45,644 nucleotides of DNA from Christensenellales bacterium (GTDB lineage Bacteria > Bacillota > Clostridia > Christensenellales > DTU072): assembly GCA_051887955.1 (NCBI GenBank), contig JBJFAO010000156.1, positions 1 through 45,644 on the forward strand, read 5' to 3'. Each line of letters starts with the position of its first letter. Positions within the stretch are counted from its first letter, which is position 1. Position numbers and translations under genes: made by a program. Below, one piece after another: positions 21,301 through 33,300 of the stretch. The notes below the pieces were generated by a model. The model did no database searches. It was not told the origin of the DNA and saw only the letters and a list, made by a program, of their open reading frames with translations.

Positions 21301-24300
21301 ATAGAGGAAATGGACGCTATGCTTCGCGCGAAGGTGTTCGAGAGCTTGTATTCCGATATTAAGGACATGCTGACCGAGATAATAATCGATTCCGCCGACT
21401 CCGCAATAAAAGAAGGAATGAGCGTAATCGGCGTCAACGCAAAGAAATACGAAAAGCTGAACATAATAGCGTATAACGAGTATTTCTCCGAATTCAAGGC
21501 GGCGACCACAGCCTTATACGGCACGATAAACGGTTATTACGGGGAGATAGACGACGTAGTCGCAGCCGCGGAAAGCGATCTTACCGCGCGTTTCGAGGAC
21601 AACGCTTCCGACTTACAGAAGGCGGAGCTTATGAGAAAGATTTATTCCGAAGTAGTCGCCGATTCTTCCGGCTACGACGCGAAGATAGCTATGGAATGGA
21701 AAGCTACATACGAAACGGCTATAAACGGAATAATAGACGAGGACGCGACGGCGTACGGCAATCTTATGTACGAAAAGCTTACCGTTGCCGACCTCAACGC
21801 GTACGTCGCCGACATGAGAGCCGTGTTCGAGAATATCTCGTCGAGAGTGGTGGACGAATACGGCGCGCGGACCGAAAAGGCAATGCTCGGCGCGGCAAGG
21901 GATAAGACGGCGCAGCTAAGGGACGTCTTCGACGGACATCTCGCCGCTATGAGAAGCGCGGAGTACGATTACTATTACTATACGCAGCTCGACGAATATC
22001 TTAAAAAAGATCCTGCCAATACGAAAGAAAGCTTCGATAACGAGATAGGAGAAGGGACCGTTGTTATCGACTACGAGGAATACCCCGTAGCTTCCCCCGA
22101 TCCGTCGGAAATAACGGCTGCCGCGAATATGCAGGAGCTGAAATCCGTATACGAACGTTTCGCCGCTTGCGACAAGACGGCAAAGCTTCAGACGTACGAG
22201 TATGCCCACGATACCCATAGCATAAACAATGCGGTTGGGATGGACGATACGACGTATAACGTAAACAAGAAACAAGCCAACGCGTACGACTACCGCGCGG
22301 ACAACGCGGAGCTTTACGCATACGCCGATTATCTTGCCGTGACGAATAAGGGGAACGTGTACGACTATAATTACAGAAGGATAACCGCTCTCAGAGGAAT
22401 AGAACAGAACGTCGCGATATCCTCTTCGGTAAAGGACAATATAGCGACGGAGGGCGGCAAGTATCGCGAAACGGCTCTCGGCTACGAAAACCTCATTCAC
22501 GATAACAACAACAAGGAGATAATAGACGCGGTTTACGCTTTCAGTGAGGACGACCGGTATTCCGACGACGCTTATCTTACCTCTTGCAGAGACGAGTTCG
22601 TAACCAAATATAAGGAATATGCGTTGAAAGCGTTCGATTTGCTGTTCTCTTCGGGAAGCATCACGGCTTTGTTCGGCGGAGATATGCCGAGAGCGACGTA
22701 TACCGCCTTTATCGATTGCTATGACGATATGCGCAGTAAAATGAACTCCCTCGACCACGGTTCCGACACGTACTCTTTATACGACCGGACGAGGACGGAG
22801 GTATTGCTGTCCAAGACCGTCAAGAACAAAGCTCTCCTTATGGAAAAAATGTATCTTTCCTACGAGGACGGCACTCTTTCGACGGGAATTATTTCCGACT
22901 TCGACGACTTGTTCGCGAATTATATGAAGGCTATGGAAACGGCGGTTTACGCCGACGCTTTCGCATACTTTACGCAACATATTTATTCCGAACGCAACGG
23001 AGGAATTTACAGCGCGTTCAGAACGCAGATTGCCTCTATGTACGACGGCTATATAAGCTCGGCGACGGCACTCCTCAAAAAGGTATATCTTGCCGTTACC
23101 GGAGAAGAGCTTAACGCAGGCGCCTTTACCGAAGCGGTGACCGCCGTCAACGCGCATCCCGTTCCCGGAGAGTATGCAAAATTCGTGGACTTTGCGACGA
23201 ATATCTCTAATTACATAAAACAATTTACCGACAATTTCGGCGTGTTCGACAACGAAGCCAAGCTTAAAGTCCTTGCGTCGGTAATTTCCGATGGCAACGC
23301 GCTCTACGGCGACGCGGACTGCGTAAACGGAATGAAGAATATAAGAACGGCGTTCGTTACCTTCGTAAGGGAAAACTACTTTACCTTCGGAGCGACCGAA
23401 AGCATCCTCGGCGTAGGAGCTAAGTACTACGACGACCTGTATTCGTTGACGAACGAATTGAGCGCGCTCGTAGCCGCCGCAAACGACGTCGCTAAAATAA
23501 ACGAGCTGAAGGGCTATATAAGCGCTCTCGGTTATTCCGTAAGCGGAAGCGAAGATTATTTCCGTACGCTTACGATAGTCTTCAACGCCGCCAACGGCAA
23601 TATAGCCGGAATAAACAAGGTCTACAGAGCTATGTTCGGAAATTATGCGGCCAATGTTTCTTCCGCGGTTTATCTCATAATAACGGAATCTACGTTTAAG
23701 AATAAGCTTGCCGCAGACTACGAAGAAATAGTCGCCTCTATAAAAGCCAACGATCCGAATCTGAAGACGTTCGTAGAGGGACAGGGGATTAGCGATTCCT
23801 CCTCCGCGCAGGACAAAGCTCTCGCTCTCGTCGCGTTGTCGGACTATATCGAAAGCTACGTCGAAAACGGCAATACTCTGAGCGAAGCCACCGAGGAAAA
23901 ATACGCCGACGCAAGAATAGCGTTGTTGAGTCTTACCTCTCCGGAAGAACACCTCACCCTTTCGGTATTGGAAAGCTACTACGGTTCTTACGCGACGGCG
24001 GCGATAGCGAAGGCGTTGAAGCTGAAATCCACCCTCGAAGCCGGCACCGACGACGCGCTCGAATATCTGACGTTTACCGATATGAGAGATATTTTCGACG
24101 AATATCTCGACTTCTGCAAACAAGAATCCGCTTCCGACCTCGTCAACGTGCTCGAGGACAGCAGGATTCTCGTAAAATCCTTCGATCAGGTGTATAAAAA
24201 CGCGATGTCGGCGTTGGAATCTTTAGCAGACTTTTCTATTTCGATAGGTCTCGAAGGGGCTCAGACAAGCGTACTGTTCGATATAAAGAGATATCAGGAG

Positions 24301-27300
24301 GACGAATCGGGCGCAAGCGTGTCTATGATAAAGGACGTTCTTACCGACGAAGAAAAAGCGGAATATACCGAATATTCCGAGCTTACTCTCCGCGTCAACC
24401 TCAACGCTTCCCTTGCGATGAACCTCGATAAAGGTATACTCGATATAAATCCCTTGTTGGGACTTGTAAACCTTCCCATAAAGATAAGCGAGCTCGATAT
24501 AGAATTTTTGGCGGAGCACACCCTTTACGCAGAAATAAGCGGTTATCTCGGAATAAACTTCGAGGCGCTGTTGAGCGGAGATAAAGACAGAATAAACAGC
24601 TCCATAGTAGGCGAAGTCGCGCTTACTTATTACCTTATCGATCACGATACCGACGGCGAGAATACGAGATTCGAGCAGGTTATTCTTCACATTTGGCTTT
24701 TCGGACCGAGTATTTACGGACAGGTAGAGCTGTTCGACAGTCACGTAAGCGTAGAAATACCCTTTACTCTCGGAGAAATGCTCGTCGGTATGTTCAATCC
24801 CGAAACCTCCGCGGAAGAAGCCGCCGCATTGTCCTCGATAAATTCGGCGATAATGAGCGCCGTTCACGGCGTGACGAAAGAGGAGGCGGCGGAGATGCAG
24901 ACGCCGTTCGAGCAGCTTATGACGGTTGCGAACGCTTCCGAGAGCAGTCTTGCCGACGTGCTGGAGGTTCTGCTTCGCATAAACACTCAGGAGACGGCGA
25001 TTATTCTTACCGTAGATATTCTTGCCGAGCTCGTCAAGATAATATTCAAGGAAGAGACGCTCAGCAGCGGTCTTGAAGACTTGGTCAATCTCGCTCTCAC
25101 CGAAGGCGATATAGCCATCGAATACGGAAACGATTTCGGTATTCGTCTTGGCTTGCACAAAAACAGCGAGGAGGGCAGCGACAAGATAGGTTACGACGCG
25201 GAGCTTGCGTTATTGCGCGACACCCTTATAAGTCTTGACAGAAAACAGTACGATAAGCTCTACAATTCGATAGACACCCTCAAAAAAGACGGATTTTTCG
25301 ACGACTTCTTCAAGCTCGGCACCGACATAGACTCCGACGCCACGATGTCGGAAATCCTCACGTCGGTAATCGGCGCGCGTACGACCGTAAGTCTTAGTAT
25401 TTACCTCGAAAGCGACGTGTTGAAGACGGTGCTCGACTGGAGTAAGCTGTTCAGCGTACAGGAAGTGGACACCTACTTCCAGCTCCGTATTATGCAGAAC
25501 GCAAGAGGCAGACTCCGTTTGGACATAGCTCTCGATATCGACCTCGAAAGAGAAACCTTCGACTTCTATATAAGAGGATACAATACCGATAACGAAAACT
25601 TCTTCAACATTTACTACGTGAGCGGAATGCTCAACAACGATTCCGGCGCGCCCGGCGTACTTGCTCCGAAGTTTTACGTGGACAGCGGAGAGAGAGGGCA
25701 CGATAAGCTCATGCTCACTCCCGAGATGGGTTACAATATGTTCAACCTCAATCTGGTAAACATATTCTTCTATCTTATAAATAGCGAAAGCCGTTACGAC
25801 ATTCATGCGCAGAACGTCTCCGGTTACGTAGCCGACAACGCGTCGTTTGACGCTCTTGTCGACGAAATGGATTGGGGCGACGTTCTGGACGGTCTTACCT
25901 TCGGCAAAGGAACGATAGGCATACAGCTCGCGACGACCATAATCAACGCTTTCCTGCAAGCCTTGTTCGGATTCGAGTTTGCGGAATTGGGCAACATTAC
26001 GTTGGAGCTCGACAACGTGAACAACACGCTGTTCCTCAATATCCCCATAGACGCGCCCGTGTACGACGAGGGCGGCAACGTGGTCAATTCGTCGAAGCTG
26101 AATTTCGGCTTCGGATTGTCCGACGTGGATATTAAGCTCGGCGCGCGCGAGGATTTCTTCGGAGAAAGCGTATCGTCCAAGTTCGGCTCCGGATACGAGC
26201 CTCTCGACAATTACGTGTGGGTAACCGAAGTCAACAGCTCGTTGCACGTAAACGACGAATTCAATACCGTGCTCGACCTGACGGGACTTACCTCGAGTAT
26301 CATCAACGGACTCGGAGTCAATATAAAGAGCGGAGATATTCTGGACAAAGAGATACTGTTCGCCCTCCGCACCTACGTGGACTTTGCGGATTTGAGCAAT
26401 CTCAGATTCGAGCTCGAGGTTTCGCACGGCAACGGGGCGGGAGCAAAGGTACAGAGGATACTCGGCATAAAATACGTCGGACAAGCGAACGACGGAACCG
26501 TTTTCGTCGATTTGTCCGGTCTCGGATTGCCGAAGATTTCCATAAGCAATATAAACATAGGTTCGCTCGTCAAGGAAATTCTGGCTAAACTCGAAAAGAG
26601 TCTGAGTAACGACGAAGAACAAATCACGCCTTCCTCCGCGGACGGAACCGTCGGAAACGATATTACCGACGCGGAAAGACGGTCGCAGATGTATCGGGAT
26701 ATCGCGGATATGGAATTCGGGCAGAATATGCTCATGTACGTATATTCCAGCGAAGAAGCAAGCCTTGCCATAACCGGCGCGTTGCTCCTTACCCTTATCG
26801 GCAACCTGAACGATACCTTAGGCGGCGTATTGCCCGACGCGATACTGAACATACCCACGTTCAGCTATCTCAAAATAGGTAGAGACGACGCGGATAAGGT
26901 CAACGGAATACAGATTGTTCTGGACGAAAACAAGCAGTTCTCGATACGCTTTAATTTCGACAAGAGTTATTCGCATCTGTCGGTTCGCAGCAAAGTGAGC
27001 GACATTACCGATATGACGGTGGTAAGCGACGCGGACAAAGACGAGTATACCTCTATAGACAGTCTGAAAAATCTGCACATCGGTCTTAACCTCGAGCTTA
27101 CCTTACAGACGATCAATCCCGATACAGGGAAGAAGAGCGACGTTATCGAAGGCTTCGAGGATATGCTGGAGAAGATGCTCGGCTTGCAGAGCGACACTAT
27201 TATGTTCGATTTGCAGGATACCATAATGACGTTCAGCATAATGCTCGACGTCGGCGTGGATCTTACCGACTTTGCAAAATCCGTTATAAAACTCGAAATT

Positions 27301-30300
27301 TATTACAACGACGAGGTTATGATAGGCGTTTACTACATAGACGGAGTGGTATACGTAGACCTCGGTACGCTCGGACTTTTCCGCGCGAGCATAAACGGCA
27401 TAGACCTTGCCGCGATGATAACGGGCATGCTTTCCGGCACCGATTTCGAAAAGATGATTACCGTCGACGGTATAGACGTGGCGGGACTTGTAGGAGGACT
27501 CCTTGACGCGGATAAATTAAGCGAAGGCGGAAGCGGCAGCACCGTAAAATCGGGCACGTTCGTCAAGAAGGAGACCAAGGGTTCGTCTATAGCGGAACTC
27601 GACGCCGCCGTAAAGAAGCTGTCCGACGGGACTGCAAACGGCGGTTATACAAAGGATCAGATACGCCTTGTCGCCGACGCTATGACCGCAGGTAAGATAA
27701 AGTCTCTCGACAATCTGACAGCCGATCAATATAAATCGTTGTACGATTACATAACGGGCGGAAAGAGTATATCCGAATATATAGCGAGCGACGATTTTAC
27801 CGGATTCGTTTTATTCGGCGAAAGAGGCAGAGTGATAAGCGCGATAACCGCGATAATCGACGCCGCGCAAACAGCCCTCAAAGGAATGAGCGCCGAACAG
27901 CTTGCCATTACAATAGAAGAATGCAAATTGAGCGGAAAGACCTACAACAAGATGGGCATAAGCCAGCTCGAGCTTGCGTTGACGATAGTCAGGAAATACG
28001 AGCTTGCGAGCATAGACAAGATGAGCTCGTCTCTGAAAGCGAAAGCTATTGCCGAAACGGTGGACGAAAAGGGTTCGGCGATTAATTCCGCCCTGTACAC
28101 CGGCGACGCTACGGCGAAAGAAGCCGTCGAGAAGTTTATTAAGAGCTTTGTGGCGGCGTTTGCCGGATGCAACGTACATATTCTCAACGCAATTATCGGA
28201 GGTATGGAGTCGGCGGGACTCGAATATCTCCAGATGAAGGGTTCGCACTACGACGTCGCGGGCAATTCCGACGCCGAAGTTACCGCAAGGAAGAAAGCCT
28301 TCATTGAAGGCATGGTAAAGAAATACGCCGTCGATTACGTCAACGTGACGTACGGAATCACCGATTCCGAGATAGACCTCGTTATTGCAAGGTCGCTCGC
28401 ACAGTTCGGTATTTACGAGATAGCGGATTCTACCGTCAGCGGCACCGATGGCAACAACGCAAGCGGCACGCCGTTAATAAATCTCATTCTTACCGAAGAA
28501 GAGATAAAGATTAATCCCAACGCGGCGTCTTTGGGACTTCTCGTGGGAATGATTATGCCGGGTAAAGGATTGACGATACCCGACTTCAAGCGCATGGAGC
28601 TGGTGCTCAATACCTACGACGGACTCAGCAACATAAACTTCAATTTCGTTCTCGACGGATACGGCAACAAATTCCATCTCGCCATTCCTACGGGCGGATT
28701 GAAATTCGTGTTCAACGAAGGAGTGGGAGAGCTTGCCGGCGGCAAGGACAAGAGCTTTACCGAGATATTGGAATTGCCGGACGTTTCTTCTTACGGCGGA
28801 CTTACCGGCGTAAGCATGAATGCAAGCGGTCTCAATATGAATACCACCGCTCTCGTCAACAGCTTGTTGGACGGAATATTCATCGACGACCTTACCATTT
28901 ATCTCGAGCACAGAACGGATTATTGGAACAGAAAAGACTTGTTCTCGAAATATCCCAAGGTCGACGCTACCGGTCCGTATACCTACGCCGACTGGGACGA
29001 CGGCTATCTGGGTAACGACGCCCAAGCGCTCAGCACCGTGGCGAAGATATTGAATATAGTCAACAAGATTTATAATCTTATCAACTATAAAAACATAATA
29101 GACCTGATAACGGGAACTTCCGGACTCGTAGACTCGGCGACCGCTTCAAAGAACAGACCTAAGCTTATCCGCAACCAGTACGCGAGAGGAAAAGTCGTCG
29201 CTTACAAGACGGTGACCAACGTAATCAACGCGGATATCTCCACGCCTTCATATAAGCAGGGCAATATAAGCGCGCATATCGATCATCACCAGATACTCCT
29301 TTCTATAGGAATGTCTCTGACGATAAAGATTTATATCACCCTCGATCTCAGTACCTTCCTGAACGGTAAGAACGAAGGAATGGAGAGCAAAGGTCTCAAT
29401 ATTTCCAACCTTGCCGGTATGGTATTGTTCCCCGACAGCATGTTCGCCTCCACCAACGAGAAGAGCGGCTCCGGGCGCTTCTACGGCAGGGTAACCGACA
29501 CCGAAGGCAATCCGATAGAGGGAGCGACGGTAACCGTATATAACGGCACGGGCGATTATCAGGTAAGAACGACGGACGCGGAAGGATATTATTACTTCCT
29601 CAATCTTCCCGTTACCGAACGTATTTACAGAGAGTATGACCTTTACAGGCTCAATAAATGGTTCGACGATCTGAATAAGGACGAAAATCCCAACAACAAT
29701 ATCGTATTCGGAGAAAAATATATAAACTTCGACGGTAAAGATTACGAATTCGTCGACGGAGTCTATTACAACGTCGGTGACAGAAGCACGATAAGCATAC
29801 ACAAGAGCGGCTGCAGCTCTTATTACGAAAGAGAAATTTTCGTAACGCCGAAGGAAACCAATTCCGCCATAAGAAGAGACGCCGTGCTCGTGGACGTATC
29901 GTCGAGCGGAGAAGTACCCAAGTCCGTTACCTTTACCGGTAAGACGTATTACAGAGACGGAGAAGCTCTCAAGCCTTTCGGCGGAGCAAGCGTCGTTTAT
30001 AACGGCGGCACCGGACTTACGGTATCCTCCGTTCTTGCCGAAGAGGGCGTGGGTACGTACAGCATGACCGTGGACGTTTACGAATCCGTCCTCGATTATT
30101 ACGAAAACGTAGCTACTTCCTTGCTCGCGCACAACTTTACGGCAAACATATCCGGCTACGAGCTCGTCACCTTCAACGTAAACGAGGGCGGAAACACGAC
30201 CAACTATTCGGCAATCGCTCTCAATGCGTTCCTCAACGAAGCTATAAAGCGCGGTTCGAGCGGACTGACCGTCAATCTCGACCTCATATTCGATCGTACC

Positions 30301-33300
30301 GACGTAGTCAGCACGATGATAGTGGGTAAAATAAGAGTTCCTAAGGAAAGAGGAAGCGCCGAAATGGTGGTTCCCGAACCGGGCACTTACGAGATTTGGG
30401 TAAGCGTCGGCGGACATACTTCCGGCGTGGTGGATTTCTACGACCTCGCTCCCGACGACTTCTCGGTGGCGGTGGACGAGGACGGCAATTTCTCCTTTAC
30501 CGGAAAAGAGCTTGCGCTCGAAGACGTGGGAAGCAGCTCTTACATAATAAAATTCCGCAGCGCGGTCTACAAGAATATCGACCTTAAGGCGGATTCGAAC
30601 GGATTTGCTTCGGATACGTACGGACGTATGTACGCGCTTGACACCTACAATTCGCAAGTAAGCTCTTATTACGTAGAGCTGAACCCCGTTTACAGAGAGG
30701 AGCACTGGTCGGAAAAGAGCGTAGGAATAAGCGAAGAAGAGAATGTTTCCGACATAGGCAAGCTTCTTAGCAGGGTAAGAATAAGATTGGGCGCGGACAA
30801 GCTCGACGGAGAGGTGCATGACGACGGCGACAACGGCATGCAGGATTACGACCACAGCTATCAGGACGAAATGAGCAATCTTGTTTACGAGGGAAGCAAC
30901 GTCGTCGACAGATACAATACTTACACGTACATAGAAGCATGGCTCAATTCTTCCCGTATCAACGAGATGCTCGCGGGAGTCGAAAGCATAATTCTCGGCA
31001 TGATGGGCGTTACCGGCATAGCTCCGGGACAGACTATAAGCGCGCAGGATATTTCGTTGGGCGCGACTACCACGAAGGACGACTTTAATATCGATATGTA
31101 CACCGAAGCGCAGCTTCAGCATACCGGAGCGGATAAGCTTCTCGAATTGTTCGAAAAGAGATATAAAGGTCGCTACAACGAAAACGATTTCCGTATCTTC
31201 GACAAGGTTTACGTAGATAAGGGAGCATATTATCAGGCGACGCACAGCGCGCTGGCTAAGATGAGCGCGGGATTGGTGCATTTCGTATTAACGATGGTAT
31301 TCGACAGCACGGGGCTCGCTACGATGGAGGCGCTCGGCGTTCACCTTACCGACCTTATTGCGTTCGCTATTCTCGATCCGACGGCGTTCGAAGCCCTTAA
31401 CGCAATCAAGATGCTCGGTGCAATCCCCGGTATTGGTTGGCTGTTTACGGGAATAGGAACCGTTGCGGGCTTCCTCGGTTCGTTGCTTTCCACGGTAGGA
31501 CAGCAGCTCGGCGCATTGCTCGGAGAGCTCGCCACGATATTCTCGTCGTTATTGCCGATTCAGCTCGGCTACAACCTGTTCGATACCGTTGATTTGAGAG
31601 GAAGTCCTCTCTCAAAAGCCGGTTACAACGCGGAAAGCTTCGAGGATAAATCTCTCGGCACGGTTGACATAGGCGGAGGACAATTCGTCAATATGTACAA
31701 AGACGCGAGGACGTACGATCTGAGCACTTATGCGAAAATAACCCTTAATTCCGGCAGCAACGGCGGATATCTCGACCGTATTTCTCTGTTTATCAACAGC
31801 GCAAGCTATGACAGGGACAGCGAAATAAGCGGCAATCTGGATGACGGGAACCGCATGGACGAATACACCGCTATGCAACAGGGCGACTGGAACTACAACT
31901 ATTGGGAAAACAACGGACGAGTAGGCGATTACTATTCGGAAACTCCCGTATACAAGACGGAAATTACGTATACCAAGATAGACGACCTTTCTTCTCACGA
32001 GGGAGAGTACTATTATAAGGATCTCGACGCCGTTGAAAGGGGCGACAGCGATCCGTACGTATTGAGTACGCTTGCGACCGAGGACGGGGAATACGAAACG
32101 TATACGACGACGTCCGGCACCGAAGAACGCGTGCCTTACAGCCGCGAAGAAACGGAAACGACGGAAGTTGTTTCCAGAGAGGTCGATTACCATACCGATC
32201 CTACGGCAACGCACGGAATAAAGAGCGTCGATATAAAATCGGTAACGGTAATAAGATCGGGAGTCGTGGACGAGGACAGCGAAAAGCTGATGGAAGAGTT
32301 TATAAAGACTACGAACGTGAATTCGTACGCCATTATAGACGAATACTATATAGATCCGAACACCGACCAGAAGGTCGTGTACAACAGGGAGTTCATTTAC
32401 GACGACGAAAAGAATGCAAAAGAGGACGTGTATCAGGAGCTCGAAATAAAGAACAACGGCATAGATATCCGTCAGGTAAAAGACGCGTTTAACGGCACGT
32501 TCAAACGCACGGAGTACGACCAATACGAAAAAGTATGGTCGGACGAGGTAGTCGTTCCGCCGACGAAGATTATTTTCTGGGATCCCTTCGATCTGACCGA
32601 CTTTACTATGGAGGGCGGAACTTGGGCGTCATCCGACGGCTATACCGGCGTCCGCAGAAATACCGATCCGTTGATTACGGTGGAAAAAGTATTGCCCAAC
32701 AGGTACATGGCTTCGTTCGCCGACGGTAACAGCACGGGTACACAGGGTATGAATATCTATTGGAACGTAAGCGCGTTGAGCCTTAACGCCGAGGGTACTG
32801 CCAATTCCAAGCAGAAAGAGTACCTGCAGGGCTTTGTCGGCAACGGCGTTTACGCAAAGATAGAGGTTGAGGTCAAGCCCTTTACCGTAGACCTGGTGAG
32901 TGCGAAGGCTCAGATAATAAAACAGGTTTCGGAAAAAATGATTGTCGATCCGTACACGTTCGACGCGGAAGAGTTCGTAGCGGGACTTCCCTCCTTCTTC
33001 TATTACGATTACGTAAGCGGAGAGGGCTCGGAGACGCGCAAAAAGACCTATTTGTTCAACGAATTGAAATGGTCGCTCGATTATAAGGTGATAGACGGAG
33101 TGAGAAGGTACACCTCCCTCGATTACGCTACCGACGGATTCGAGCCTTACGTTAACCTCACCTTCCGCGCGTACGAGGCTTTCCAATCGGAGGACGACGA
33201 GGACGTTTGGGTAGACGCAGAGGGCAACACGCCTTATACCACCGTTCAGATACCTCTGAAGGTAATAAATTACGAAGTATCGCGCGTGGAAAGCGCGGTG

